A stretch of DNA of 64,000 nucleotides from positions 25,110,001 to 25,174,000 of the forward strand of contig NC_047020.1 in NCBI RefSeq assembly GCF_902652985.1, given 5' to 3'. The position numbers and the translations under genes are program-made. Below are positions 15,701 through 30,012 of the stretch, in pieces (the stretch's first letter is position 1; each line of letters begins with the position of its first letter). The notes beneath the pieces were generated by a model. That model made no database searches and was not told where the DNA came from. It saw only the letters and a program-made list of their open reading frames with translations. This DNA is from Pecten maximus (taxonomy: Eukaryota).

Positions 15701-16099
15701 TTAATAACTGCTGTCTACTCGAAGTATAGTGAAATACCAGATTAATAACCACTTATCAAAAAGGTTATATTACCTGCCATAGTAACGTCATCCTGTCAAC
15801 ATGTCTGATAGACCAGATTTTTTCATCGTGGAGCTAGTTTATAACAATATACTGATAAAGAAGGAGATCTAAATTCCTCTCTACTTGCCATTGATTCCAA
15901 TATCTGAATTTATGGAAGCTGTCGAAGCCCCCCAGTGAAGACATCGTTCGGGTTTACGCTGATATTTGTATTTTCATTCATTGCAATGCTGTCTACTTTG
16001 TACTCGGCACGACGGAAAAGGGCGCTGAATCGTCAGCTAATTATCTCAACTAGTTTTATTCCTATCAACAAAACGTATACGTTTACTGGTCTCCCTTAC

Positions 16100-17300
16100 A
16101 ACCCTGGAAACTCCTATTGACTATATTGGAGTGAATAACACTATGACAGGCTCTATACAACCATACGGGGTTTTCTCCTGATCCGATATAGGCATTGCGT
16201 CTGACCACGCTGTGTCGGATCGTACTACCCGATCGTTAATGGAGAACGTGCAGCGTCAATAAGATGATACAATATCAGCTAGCAGTTAGTTGATAGCATA
16301 TGGCGGACATACTTAGATTTTTAAATAAATCTACCTACGGACATCGACGTGTTAAATACTATCACGGGTACCCCTGATCACACATGCACATTCATGTATT
16401 CCTATATCGAGGTTTAATCCACGCTCAAAATCATTACTGAAACAATGATGTTAATGCAGCACACAAGTCTGCTCGTGACCGACGGAAGGACTGGAGAGTT
16501 GACGGGAAAAAACCGTGCAGTTTTACTTATCTTCAATACAAATGCAAAACGTGCTTTCAGAAATTCCCAGCATATTGCAATTGAGGATAAAATGGTACAA
16601 CCGACAACTACTGTGACGTAAAGACCTGTGGCAGGCTTTGAAGCAATGGACGCACACTTCCCATTGCAGTGGCTCCCTCTGGACAGTTAGTAGTGAAGCT
16701 CAGGCATTTGTCAATTATTGTCGAAAATTCTATAAGGCAAATGTCTTTCGAACGGACAGGATTAACAGTGAAGAGGCGAACCGTGAATCCTGTTGAATTA
16801 AATAGGAGTTCAGATGATTTCGCATCAAAATTGAATACGTCATAAGAAGTCTGAATTTAAAAGGCACTAAGGACCGATTGTATTCAGAATGAACATTTAC
16901 AGTATGGAGGCCGACCTCTAATAGCACGCTTACAGATACCTAATGTCTTGACTTGAAGGTTGCCTGCTGTTGCTTCCCATTTTAAAAAGTGGTATTAAGT
17001 CTCGTGGTAACCCCGCTAGTTATAGACCGATCACCTCTTGGAAAGGTAATCAGAACCCGAATACAGGACCGTCTTGATACGGTTATACCCTTCGCGAACG
17101 TGCAATATCAGGGGTTTTCTCTACAGGAGACTATTGATCCTAATCCCGAGTGAGAAAGTAAAATCTCAAAGCCTTCCTGGACTTAAAGGGCAGTTGTTAC
17201 TTTATGACACATTGGCCTCATTATAAACTCTGTGGTCTCGGAGTCGAAGGTAATCTTTTTAATACCATTCGTGCTCGTACAAAGACACACGGAATGTCTA
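16100..17300 (+). mobile_element. Degraded LINE ORF2 fragment (CR1/L2-like)
   Basis: Frameshifted RT-proximal motifs: PILKSGIKSRGNPASYRPIT (~16977-17035), AFLDLK (~17171) and YKLCGLGVEGNLFNTIR (~17222). Confidence 0.75.
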
Positions 17301-18726
17301 AATAGCCACAGTTTAAAATAACAAGATGGCAGCGGTGACGGTGGCAGTGGTGTGAATGCGATGTAGGATACATTTACACTTCGGGCTGAGGTTGTTTTTT
17401 AGGGTCTTTCTATTGGTATTTGAACCCAGTATTATGATTAATAGTATCGAGTGCCTTTTCACGCCCGAGTGACACGCACTACCTACTCATAGGTTCTGCC
17501 GAACTTACCCCCACTGTGTGTTTTACATGTCCTTAACCCTCTATTTTACTTCACTATATTCGTATTAGAACCTTGTTAGCCACATCTATATCATGCTGCT
17601 GAAGTTAACTACTTTCATCTTATCTACTTTTTCATTTTTTAAATTTTCTGCTCCCACGGTTCCCAAGCTTTTTTCGCGGCACCAGTCGGCTGTTTTGGGC
17701 AACATGACGGACATGCAGTGTGACAAGGAGATTGAGAAGTGCCCAAAATAAGTAAACCCTATTCAAATCACACAATCACATATCATAAGGAAGATTTCAC
17801 ATAAACGACAATATCAAAAAGATATCGGCCGCGACGAGAGTTGAGGACTGTGACGTCAAGATCAAAGATGGCAACGTTGTTGTGACATTTTCTCACTCGG
17901 AACACCTCGGCCGATTCTCTACGGTTAGGCGAAAGGTACGGAATCGGCCGAGTAGCTACGAATGGACATTTTCTGCGACAGCATTATGAATACTTTCGGA
18001 CATCTCTTGCTGCTATTTTGACAAATCGAGTGATTTATCAGTTAAACATAAAATATCTTAAGACAAAACTGACCTCTGTATTATGCAAGAATATCTATCT
18101 GTTGTACACACCCGATCCCACTGTATAATTTCCTTCTTCAGTCATTTATTCCACGAATTCAATGCCATATACTCATAAATGCTGTTTTTAGCTAAGAAAT
18201 GTGCTGAACTTAGTCATTTCTTACTCCCGATTCTGGTAAACACTCGGAGGCACTCTTACATACGGGGGTACCTATGAACGACAGTATACAGCTGTGACAG
18301 AGGAAACAGTTTATTGGGTGGTCCCAACACCGAGTTTTGACTGTTGACTGATAAGGCATGAAACAACTGTTTTGTTACCTGAATAATCCACAAGATTTCA
18401 CTAGACTGAGGAACGCGTGAAAAGTCTTCAGTAAACTCTTACTCCAAAGTTGACGTTCCTTTGACCTCGCAATACGCTGTAAGAATTCATATAAACCCTT
18501 TTATGATATTTTATGTGGTAGCCGAATCCCTTATCAATTATCAATTATATACAACAAAACCTAATTGGATATCAGAAAGACGCTTCATCATAACCATTAT
18601 GGTGTTTGAGCGCGTGCGGATGTTCCGCGCCAGTTAACAGTCGAAAATATTGATCTGTCAACAGCCGAAAATACTTTATTTACATTTGCATAGAGAGTCA
18701 GGTAATGATACTACATACGTACTCAT

Positions 18727-20965
18727 CATGTCTCATCTATACACACTGATGTATCCAAGAACAGTATTGATGTATCCAGGAACAGTACTGATGTATCCAG
18801 GAACAGTACTTCACATGTCCCATCTATACATACTGATGTATCCTGGTACAGTACTGATGTATCCAGGTTCAGTACTGCTGTATCCAGGAATAGTACTTCA
18901 CATGTCCCATCTATACATACTGATATATCCAGGTACAGTACTTCAAATGTCCCTTCTCTACATACTGATGCATCAAGGAACAGTACTAATGTATCAAGGA
19001 ACAGTTCTGATGTATCCAGGAACAGTATTGATGTATTCAGGAACAGTACTGATATATCCAGAACAGTACTTCGCATGTCCCATCTATACATACTTTTGTA
19101 TCCAGGTACAGTACTGATATATCCAGGTACAGTACTTTACATGTCCCATCTATACATACTGATGTATCCAGGTACAGTACTGATATATCCAGGTACAGTA
19201 CTGATGTATCCAGGAACAGTATTGATGTATCCAGGAACAGTACTGATGTATCCAGGAACAGTACTTCACATGTCCCATCTATACATACTGATGTATCCAG
19301 GTACAGTACTTCACGTCCCATCTATACATACTGATGTATCCAGGAACAGGACTGATGTATCCAGGAACAGTACTTCACATGTCCTATCTATACATACTGA
19401 TATATCCAGGAACAGCATTGATAAATCCAGGAACAGTACTGATGTATCCAGGAACAGTACTGATGTATCCAGGTACAGTATTGATGTATCAAGGAACAGT
19501 ACTGATGTATCCAGGAACAGTACTGATGTATCAAGGAACAGTACTGATGTATCAAGGAACAGTACTTCACATGTTCCATCTATACATACTGATGTATCCA
19601 GGAACAGCATTGATAAATCCAGGAACAGTACTGATGTATCCAGGAACAGTACTGATGTATCCAGGTACAGTATTGATGTATCAAGGAACAGTACTGATGT
19701 ATCCAGGAACAGTACTGATGTATCAAGGAACAGTACTGATGTATCAAGGAACAGTACTTCACATGTTCCATCTATACATACTGATGTATCCAGGTACAGT
19801 ACTTCACATGTCCCATCTATACATACTGATGTATCCAGGAACAGTACTTCACATGTCCAATCTATACATACTGATGTATCCAGGAACAGTACTGATGTAT
19901 CCAGGAACAGTATTGATGTATCCAGGAACAGTACTGATGTATCCAGGTACAGTATTGATGTATCCAGGAACAGTACTGATGTATCCAGGTACAGTACTGA
20001 TGTATCCAGGAACAGTACTTCGCATGTCCCATCTATACATACTGATGTATCCAGGAACAGTACTGATGTATCCAGGAACAGTATTGATGTATCCAGGAAC
20101 AGTATTGATGTATCCAGGAATAGTACTTCACATGTTCCATCTATACATACTGATGTATCCAGGAACAGTACTGATGTATCCAGGAATAGTACTTCACATG
20201 TTCCATCTATACATACTGATGTATCCAGGAACAGTACTGATGTATCCAGGAACAGTACTTATGTATCAAGGAACAGTACTGATGTATCCAGGAACAGTAT
20301 TGATATATCCAGAAAAGTACTGATGTATCCAGGAACAGTACTGATGTATCCAGGAGCAGTACTGATAAATCCAGGAACACTACTGATATATCCAGGAACA
20401 GTACTGATGTATCCAGGTTCAGTAATGATGTATCCATGAACTGTTCTGATGTATCCAGGAACATCACTGATGTATCCAGGAACAGTACTGATGTATCCAT
20501 GAACTGTACTAATGTATCCAGGAACAGTACTTCACATGTCCCATCTATACATACTGATGTATCCAGGAACAGTACTGATGTACCCAGGAGCAGTATTGAT
20601 GTATCCAGGTACAGTACTGATGTATCCAGGAACAGTACTTCACATGTTCCGTATATACATACTGATGTATCAAGGAACAGTACTTCACATGTCCCATCTA
20701 TACATACTTTTGTATCTGGGAACAGTACTTCACATGTTGCGAATATACATACTGATGTATCCATGAACAGTACTTCGCATGTCCCATTTATACATACTGA
20801 TGTATCCAGGAACAGTATTGATGTATCCATGAACAGTATTGATGTATCCAGGAACATTACTGATATATCCAGGAACAATACTGATGTATCCAGGAACAGT
20901 ATTGATGTATCCAGGAACAGTACTTCACATGTCCCATCTATACATACTGATGTATCCAGGAACAC
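18727..20965. repeat. Two-unit minisatellite: 21 bp (ACTGATGTATCCAGGAACAGT) plus 24 bp (ACTTCACATGTCCCATCTATACAT)
   Basis: Directly visible, with a near-exact 192-bp higher-order duplication at 19388-19579 / 19580-19771. Confidence 0.97.
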
Positions 20966-22844
20966 ATGTTACATCCATACATATTGGGGAGTCGAAGTCT
21001 TCCACATGCCCTATCTATACTTACTGATGTAGTTAATGACAATAGTACAACATATCCTGTCACTGTCTAGCAGTAAAGGTATTCTCCGAAAGACGCAACG
21101 TCGGACCTCGAAATCTATAATGCTAAGGCTGTCCTTACTGAGGAAGCAGCCCCCCCGCAGTCGTACCTTCTGCTAGTATTTTAGTCAACCCTACTGACCC
21201 GGTCCTACGATGCCAAAAGTTACAGTTTTGACTCCTAGCCCGAGCCTCACTCAACCAACAGTTAAACCCAGAGAAGAACATGCTGCCCTCAGAGCTAGGG
21301 AGAGGAAACTCAGATCCTGGGAAGAGCAACTAAAAGCTGAGAAAGCAAAACATGATAGCGATCTGAAAGACCCTGTTAGATTAAAAGCTCACATAATTAG
21401 ATTAGAAAGAACATGAAAGACCTGGAAATATTAACCAAATCCTAAGAATTGAGAACACTTCCTCCCGAGACGCCGCTCGACATAACAAGGGAAGCGCGGC
21501 CCTCTCAAAGGTGTACGTAACGTGAGATGTGACTAACAGTGCCGTGAGAAAGAGACATCCACTCTGAATACTACACCGACCCAAAATGATACAGCCAATA
21601 GCCGACGTCTGGAGTCCAGGATCAGAAAGCTGGAACTGTCGAGTCTATCGGACTCAAAGACCGGAAGAATCACAAATCTCACCTATGAAATTTTAGTCTC
21701 GAATCCGTGCTTGTCAGCAACGACACGAAAAGCTGGAGCAGTATCGTACAGCTACGTCTAATAATACTAAACATTATTAGCAACTAACAACACTGGCTTC
21801 CTCCTTGCCTCGTAGTACAATATCACTCTCGCAGCTAGACCACGGTCCTCCACTCCAATAGCGTTTAACCCCCATTATACAAAATGATGTTTCCAAGATC
21901 AGTAGTGTACCTCACATGATTCACATCTACATACTGGCGTATTTGAAAGCACTATATCACATGTGTCATGTATACATACTGATGAACCAATTATGCCTCA
22001 GCAATGACCCGAATTCAATCCAAGTAACGGTACTACAGCTCCCGATAGTAAAACCAATGACAACTCCAACACAAGACCAGAAAGTAGTAGTGAGGCAGTC
22101 AGCAGTGTGGAAACGCCCGTTACACAAGAGCCGGTAGTTATCCCTTAAAGGAAACAATCCCTAAGGCCAATCTTTTTCTACACATAGCCTCACCAAGGAG
22201 GACACCAGTTCAGTAGCAGAGTGCCACAATAGTGTTGATAAGCAAGTATATCACCTACGTATCGCTACATGTAATTGTACTAATGTCTTAAACAGCTAGA
22301 TTGTGTCAACTCCTGGAAAATAATTATGTTATCTGCCTACAGGAGCGCAGGCTATTACATTTTGAGCTTGATTGGCGAAATCTAATTGCCGAAAACATAT
22401 ATAAATGTAGTACAGGAAAATCAGTTGATACACAGGACCTTATATTCTCGAATCAGTGACCAGGGGGTTACGGAGGAAATTGCATTATTTAGAAGAATTC
22501 AATTGAACATTTAGCGATCATGACATATGAAGATAACGACAATATAGCATGCGTCTCCATACAGACGGCAGAAAAAAACCTGATCGTGTCTGTGTATATT
22601 CCTTGCAGACGCTATAGAACTAGCGAGGAGGCGTAGGAAGCCAACCTTGATTCAAGAAATTACTAGACTGTATACAGCATCCCTTGATAGCATTATAGCA
22701 GGAGATCTCAATTGTGACCTGTCCACTAATAGCAATTCCAGAAAGAAACCAAATCTCCAACATTTTAGGAAGTCATGTGGATATTCAACAACTATAGCAG
22801 ACTATACTTATAAGGGACCAACCAACCAATTGTTTTTCCATAGA

Positions 22845-24565
22845 CTTTAGTGTTAACGTTTTGGAGTATATCATTAAAATTCTTGAATTCAATATGGCAA
22901 TTATGGTTTAACACGTAATCAAAAAAAAGTCCTTCAGCTCAAATTTTGTCCAGGGTAGCCATTTTGAAAATGGATGAATTTCGCAGTAAAAAAATCTCAA
23001 AATTCTGAAATGTTTACCTGTTAATTATTATGACATGAACTTTAGGGAAAAATTCAATCAGACTTACGAAATTTATATCAACATTTCTTATAGACAGTAA
23101 CCTATCAGGCTACATATCTATTTTGTCATTTCATAACATACTGGCCAATCAGTGGCTGCCAGAAATTTTATCCCTGGCTCAACTTTCTATACACAGGGGA
23201 TGTTTCAAAAATCTATTTTTTCAATTGGTTGGTTGTTCCCACACCCAATAGGGCGAGAGAAATCTATTTTCTATTCAACCTGTTTACAGTACACATTCAA
23301 ACTGTTCCGCCAGTTCGTCGTCGACTATCTAGAACATAATACATTTGATCACATTTCCATTACAACAGTAGTGGCTTGAATCCCTGGAATTAAAGGCCCA
23401 TATACAAATGTACCTTGGTTTATTTGTTTGGTTTGGTTTATTTTGTTTAACGTCACATTAACAGCCATAACGTCACATTAACAGCCATGTCAATTAAGGA
23501 CGTGCCAGGTTTTAGAGGTGGGGAAATCCGGAGTACCCGGAGAAAAACCACCGGCCTACGGTCAGTATCTACGTTAAGAAATAAACATGTAAGGATCATA
23601 TGGAAACAGTATGACCCTACATCCTATCAGCAAAGGGACATCTAAACAGCAAATCCAGTCAAAATAGTGGTATTTTACAAGCCTATACATTCATACTATG
23701 ATGCAATTTAACAGAAGTAGCATGATGAACTTTTAGTACGTATCACGGCAAACCGTCGGCCTTGCTGTTGACATGTAATTTGTTAGGCTGTTTGTAAATT
23801 TCAACAAAACATGCCAAAAATGCATGTTTCATGGGGACATACATTTGTAATCAGTTCATTTGCATCGCATTTATTGCACAAAATAGACGTCTTTTTGCTC
23901 ACAAGCGTCTAAAGCACAAAATAGAAGCATTACTTTGACCAGATTTTATATGTATAAACACGGCTTTTATTTTGACCTTGAAATGCAAATGGCGGTTGTA
24001 AATGATATCACTCAAATATGGCATATAAGGAGGTATTTCAAACATCAAACATGCATATTAGACACTATAAAGAACTCTAGATATGGCAAAAAATGTTTTT
24101 GGGGTAAAATATGTATATTTCTGAAAAAGGCCCAAAACTCACCAGTTAAACAATTTGTCTTAAAAAGGTCCTTTTTACTATGCTCAGATGTCTTTAGGGT
24201 ATGATATAGGAACCTTTTTATTGATTGAAATGCCTTCCTTTATCCGATATTTGCGTAATATTATTTACATCCGCCATTTGCATTACAAGGTCAAAACAAT
24301 ACGTGCATTAAGTCAAATCTGGTCAAACAAATGCTCCTACCCTGTGCTTTTACATAGATGTGAGCATAACAGCTTGGTTATTTTTCAGGATTGATCATTT
24401 GTGTGACTTTATTCCATGCTACATCTTACCACAAAATAAGTGTTAGCATATACAGCAAATTATATTTGATTTTAGGAAAATACATGTCCAAACAAACATT
24501 TTGGTATATTACATGATTATTGTTGTGCAAGTTTCTAGATATGTATTCGTGTTTGGAATTCAACA
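22845..24565. mobile_element. AT-rich insertion interrupting LINE ORF2 (probable non-autonomous DNA element)
   Basis: LINE coding motifs stop at ~22845 and resume at ~24570. Intervening DNA is AT-rich and non-coding and hosts a SINE. No clear TIR or TSD seen. Confidence 0.45.
23417..23570 (-). mobile_element. 5'-truncated copy of the SINE at 5274-5474
   Basis: Shared GACGTGCCAGGTTTT..GGAGTA.CCGGAGAAAAACCACCGGCCTACGGTCAGTA. Internal 20-bp tandem duplication TAACGTCACATTAACAGCCA. Confidence 0.85.
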
Positions 24566-27500
24566 TTATTCTCCTATACAGATTACCCTTAAGCCTAGCC
24601 AGAATATTAAGATTTTCGGTGGACAGAATCGTCTGACGAGATAATCTCTGATGCTGTCAAGTGCCTCCACGGACAATCTATCAAGGCCAGGGAGGGGTAA
24701 ACACAATGTTTGGAAGCAGGAAATAACGGTTGCAACCAAGGCTAATAAAACAGCTCTCGAGACTTGGAAAGACGCAGGTAAACCCTGATCAGGGCCGGAG
24801 CTAGAGGTGTCGAGACAAAGGGGGCACGCAGGATAATGGAAGCCCATCACGGTGATCGTACCACCTTTTACCGTCTTATTAATAAATCATGTAAATCACA
24901 GGCCCCCTCCTCTCACAGAATTGAAAGTGGGAGACAATATCTATGACGACCAAGAGCAAATACTTGAAGGGCGGAAAAAGCACTTCACCAATCTAGCATC
25001 TCCTGAGAACACTGAGGGTTATCCCTTTTACAATCGCATATAGTTTGACGTAGACATTCTGGAACTTCCAGCCCAGAGAATGTCAACTCTAACGAACTAT
25101 TCAGTCACACAGAAATGACTAAGATATTCCAATCACTTAACTGCAGCAAGTCGCCAGATTAGTTCAATATAACTGCTGAGCATTTTCAGTATAATGGTCC
25201 AGAGCTAAATCAATGCATCGATGATCTTCACCAAGGGTAGTATATCTGATCTTATGAAGATAGGGCAGCTATTTGTAACCCAATTTACAAAGGAAAGGAA
25301 ACAAGAACAATGCCGGGAACTAGAATGTATCGGGGATAACTGTGCTATCACTAATACTGAAAATCCTAGAGACAGTACTGCGAAACGGAGTAGAGAAGAA
25401 ATTATCAACGAAACAGAATCCCCTGCAGCGCGGATTTACGAAGAATGCCGCAGTACTGTTAGGTGACCTGTGAAACTATCCATACTTTAAATAAAGGCTC
25501 AATCACGCACTTTAATTGGAATGAGAGTACTCAACAGTCCTTATACGACAAGGTGTGTGCCAAGGGGGATCCTCAACACCATCCTGTACAAGATATTCAT
25601 AAATGACCTCCTTGAACAAGTACAGAGCTCGGGAGACGGGGTCAATGTCTCCTGTACTGTGCCAACATCTGATGTTTCGCTCTCTACCTCAGCAAACGAA
25701 GAACTCTTGACACATCTCGATGCAGTCTAAGCAGACCACTGTCATAAGCTGTAGCCCAAACAATGTGTAGTCTTACCAGCCAAAAGCAAGGCAGGGTCCC
25801 ACTTCACTAACCAATGGTTACACTACGCTAAGCTCAATTGTTTCTTAATCCCCTTTCAACTTCACAATCAATGAAGAATCTATACCGAAAGAAAGCAAGG
25901 CGACATATATTGGAGAACCTGCTCCGACTACCATTTAGGTCAATATTCAGAAATCTAAAGGTAGGAGAACTATATGGTCTCATGAAGGCAGGTATCCAAG
26001 GAAAGAATGGACTGAACCCGTCTGCCAATATCCACCTTATCAAGACGTATGTTGCTCCAATCATAACCTATAAGTTGGCGATCATCTTAACATTCGACAA
26101 AGACCTACTACCTCTAGAAGCTGAATTCAGGAATATGTTGCGACAAGTCGTCTTCCTTCCGGACATATGTGCTGAGGCAACAGTATAACTACTAACTGGT
26201 ACAGCACCCATAGCAAATGTCATTCATAGATCACTCGTCTAGAAGGATCCACAGATAATGACCTCGCATATAGGCAGCCGTTGGTCCATGATATCCACAC
26301 CAAGCTGGTTCCCGAGTATTCAGAGGCTGCTAAGTAAATACGATCTCCCTAGAGCCATTACTATGCTTGAGAACCCACCACCTGTCAGTTCATGGAAGCA
26401 TATCACAAACACAACTGTCAACAAGCACTGGGAATTTAAGAACACTAAATGTGAAATTATCGTGATCGGGTCGATGCTAATAAGAGAATGTAGAGATATT
26501 CCTTTATCATACGCAGCTCCTACTCATTCAGCGTTTGACAATTGTGACAGATTTTTTTTTTTTTTTAAGATGAACAGAGGGGCAAGTGATCCCATGGTCA
26601 TCGGCACCACGCATGGAGTTGTTTGTCCGTCTTGGAATATAATTACGATCTTTCTTTTTATAAGGGCTCAGCAGTGGTTTGGCCGTCAGTTTTCTATGGA
26701 TGTGAACACTGGTTTTATCTCAATAAACAATCTAACAAAATGATATCCTTTCCAACATTACATCGTTAAGTTCATGCTTTGTTTAGTCCATACCACTACA
26801 GTATAGCAGATGCGGCCGATTCCGTGCTTGTCCCATCCACATCGACAAGGGGAAGCTGCTTTATCTACAAAATCTAATCTCTTTAGTTTAATCCTTTCTA
26901 GTTAAGCTGGTTTTCACCATGCGCATTAACTCATTTCTTCCATGTGCAAATTTGAAATTTTGGATTTACTTCCCAGACATCTTCAAAGTGCTCCAAAGAT
27001 GCGAACTGATGTCATACTTCAATTCATATCATCAGATTTAAACATTTCCCTCAATGGAAACACATTGTATGTTCATAAAGTGTCATGCCTCCTAAAAACC
27101 GTATGTAATGCGGCTTGTTGTGGAATCTGTATCGGACATTCATGTGATTTCACTTTTTTTTTTAAAGGTATCTGGTAATATTTTAGTTCTGACGCGGCGC
27201 CCGTCATACGTTCTCGCCTTGTTTATCCTCTAACATTGTTGGAGTACTCCTGACCGTGCCATGTTCCCAATCCACTAAACACATCTGTAAAGGAGTCCTA
27301 TATAGGTTTTAGGCGAGGACTTTGACACTTTTTCAAACTAGGTGCGACAATGGCCGTCCCATTCCATTATGAAATTGCCTAGAACCGGTTTCTGATCAAA
27401 GCAGCTCGTTTCGTTATGCACGCTACGCGTTTCTAGATGACTTTTTTTTTTTTTTTTTAAATGAAATCTCGTCGCTATAATGAATGAACTACTTTTATTT

Positions 27501-27617
27501 TTCCTCTAAAATTAATACATTTTGAACTGTTCTCCTTTTATTTATTGGTCGATTTCTGATGTGTCTAAGTATCTTCTGAGGGGGACACAAAGTTTGATGA
27601 TGATGCTGATGACAGTT

Positions 27618-28430
27618 ACGTACGGATTAGTATTAACTAGAAATACAAATGTGTAATTGACAGATTATTAGCAGTACCACGTAGGTGATTACTTATTGTA
27701 TAGCTTTTTCCTTTCGACTATACAATTTTCTGTTTTTATTAATACCGGGATTCAGTGTATATTATGTATATTGTATTCACAGTTTATGTGAATTGAACAG
27801 CAATATGCAAGGTAAATATATGTGAACACCAAGTTGAATAGGCAAGTCAACATTCTCTTCAAAAAGGATCTGCGTTCTTATTCCATCTCTTAACTGAGGG
27901 ATTGTTCTCCGATTTTTCACATCCTGAAAGACTACCATTAATATCGTTTCTATACAAACAATGTCAGCAATCTCCACACCACAGGACGTTTTCTTATTTA
28001 TATATATTACTGTATACAGATTAATTATTTGAAAGAATATTTTCATCCTTAATTTTCAGATTTAATAACCAATTCAATCTCATACACCCAAGTGAGTTTA
28101 ATTTCTTCATTAAATTTACAGTATAATACATGTATGACTTAAAAAGGTCTGCTCTTAATTTCTTCATTAAATCTGCAGTATAATACATGTACATGCATGA
28201 CTTAAAAAGTTCTGCTCAAGTGTGGATATGTACAATGTACCTTACAATTGGCAGCAGAATGATATTAACTTGGACGAATCCAATTACTAGTAATTTTCCC
28301 TTGATAGAATAAATATTCTTTCGTCAACAAAGTTAATTTGGTATAAAGATGTGTGCTGCAATACCAGATGTAGTATTACATTGTATCAAATTATGTAATA
28401 AAGTATTACATTGTATTTAATTATAAAATG
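27618..28430. repeat. Dispersed duplication, copy B (paralogous to 14975-15700)
   Basis: See copy A. Confidence 0.9.
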
Positions 28431-28714
28431 TAACAAAGCTATAACATTATACTAGAATAGCCTTTCAACAATGTAATAACTCCTGAATCGAGTTAAGTTA
28501 TACTTCTCCAATTAAACAAGTCGTCTATGATGTAAAAGATGATGTATCAACAATAAATGTTGTGCCTTGTTTTGAGTCCAGGACTTGAAATGAAACCACA
28601 ATCACCATATTGAACTATATTTGAGGATTTAGAATTTTCAGTAAACAACATATTATTCAAACATATTTGATTGATCATGTAGTTCATAGTATTTAATGTC
28701 ATTGCCTCAGATTT

Positions 28715-29730
28715 TCAAAGAAGAGACCCGTTGGCCTTAATGGTCTTCTGACTATAAAGACACTTAGCTAGTACCAGTGTACTATATACAAGCAGTTTTT
28801 CATGTTGGAATGTAAAAAAATAATTTTAAAAGGAATAAAAAAGAAGAAAAAAAAAACCATTCAATTTGTAAAGGACCATCTCAAGATAATTCCTGGCAAG
28901 TTTCAACTACACATCTAAATCTTACACATGGAACTGTGAGAAGTTTTTTTGAAATGTGATTTTGAAGATGGCAGCCATAGCAGCCATATTTGCTTTTGAA
29001 TCATTCTAGAAATTGATAGCAATAGGTTGAGAACATCTCTGAATCATATATTCCTGACAAGTTTCAGCAAAATCCTAATGGTGAAACTAGAGAAATTGAA
29101 AAATGGGTTTTTCAAAATGATTGAACACCTCAATTTAATAACACTTTGTCAGGACCACCTCAGAACCATTTCAGGCAAGCTGAAGCTTAATCCTACCAGT
29201 GTAACTAGAGAAGAAGACTGAAATGTGTTTTTCAAGATAACAAACATCTTGAATTTTAGACCAAATCCAAATAATAACAACACTTATATAATTAGTCTGG
29301 ACCATCTAGGATAATTCCAGACAGCTTTGAGAAGGATTCCACAGCACCAATATTAGAATAACAAAGAGGCCCAAGTGCCTTAATGGTCACCTGAATTAGG
29401 AAATACATAGAGTTGAGTTATTTTTTGTTTTTTTTTACTAAGAATTTAACACAATTGACTAGTGTCATGTTGAAGAAAGTTCAAAGTCATTCAATTAAAC
29501 AAACTTTTCAGCCTGTTATCAAAGCATGCCTCTGTCCCAATATCATGATCCTGGGCCTCTTGGTTATTAATAAGTTGTTTTAACGATTTTAACACATTCG
29601 ACCTCTGTGACCTTGAGAGTACATCAATGTAATTCATTTTTGGTAGCCCTTCATCTCAGCTTGAAACTGGCCCCATATCATGGATATGGTGGGCCTCTCG
29701 GTTATGAAGAAACTGTGGTGGCCTTTCATC
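28715..29730 (-). mobile_element. Two degraded HINE-like (non-autonomous Helentron) remnants
   Basis: 3'-end signatures AAGAGACCCGTTGGCCTTAATGGTC (28721) and AAAGAGGCCCAAGTGCCTTAATGGTCACCTG (29363) resemble the reverse complement of the HINE end at 50509-50542. Followed by degenerate ~150-bp repeats. Confidence 0.55.
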
Positions 29731-29884
29731 CAAGCATGCATACATGTGTTCTTGACACAAATACACAACCTGCATGTAGTCAACAAGGCAACTCAGTACT
29801 GGGTGCCACCATTACTATATACATTCATAGGTATTTTAATCTTAAACCTAAGGTTCATATATATATATATATATTTATAACATA

Positions 29885-30012
29885 GTAACACAATTCAAGA
29901 AGGAAGACAACTTTATGACTCGTACCCTGACCAGGCCTCGAACTCACGATCTACGGCACCCCATCGCCTAACCAGAAATACCTGTAGCTCATACCGCTGC
30001 ACCACATCGGTG
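29885..30012 (-). mobile_element. tRNA-like SINE head fragment
   Basis: Minus strand GATGTGGTGCAGCGGTA (A-box-like) and GAGTTCGAGGCC (B-box-like). Flanked by (TA)n tracts at ~29857 and ~30228. Confidence 0.5.

Larger units (their letters stand above)
17320..26445 (+). mobile_element. Long degraded CR1-group LINE (ORF1, APE endonuclease, RT remnants) with nested insertions
   Basis: Coiled-coil ORF1-like RARERKLRSWEEQLK (21210-21416). APE motifs LRIATCNC, ICLQE, GGYGG, SVYIPCR and IIAGDLNCDL (~22255-22850). RT/C-terminal motifs ILYKIFINDLL, GIQGKNGLNP and SWFPSIQRLLSKYDLP..SWK (24700-26440). Many stops and deletions. The 5' boundary (AAGATGGC at ~17323) is uncertain. Confidence 0.8.

Noticed and set aside
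18650-21032. Long ORFs (up to 454 aa) on both strands
   Set aside because: Produced by stop-free repeat units that are multiples of 3; open in many frames with no gene structure.
26450-27420. Possible reverse-strand transposon or gene remnant
   Set aside because: No identifiable protein motif or termini by eye.
29920-30010. tRNA gene
   Set aside because: A- and B-box-like motifs but no convincing cloverleaf; better explained as a SINE head.
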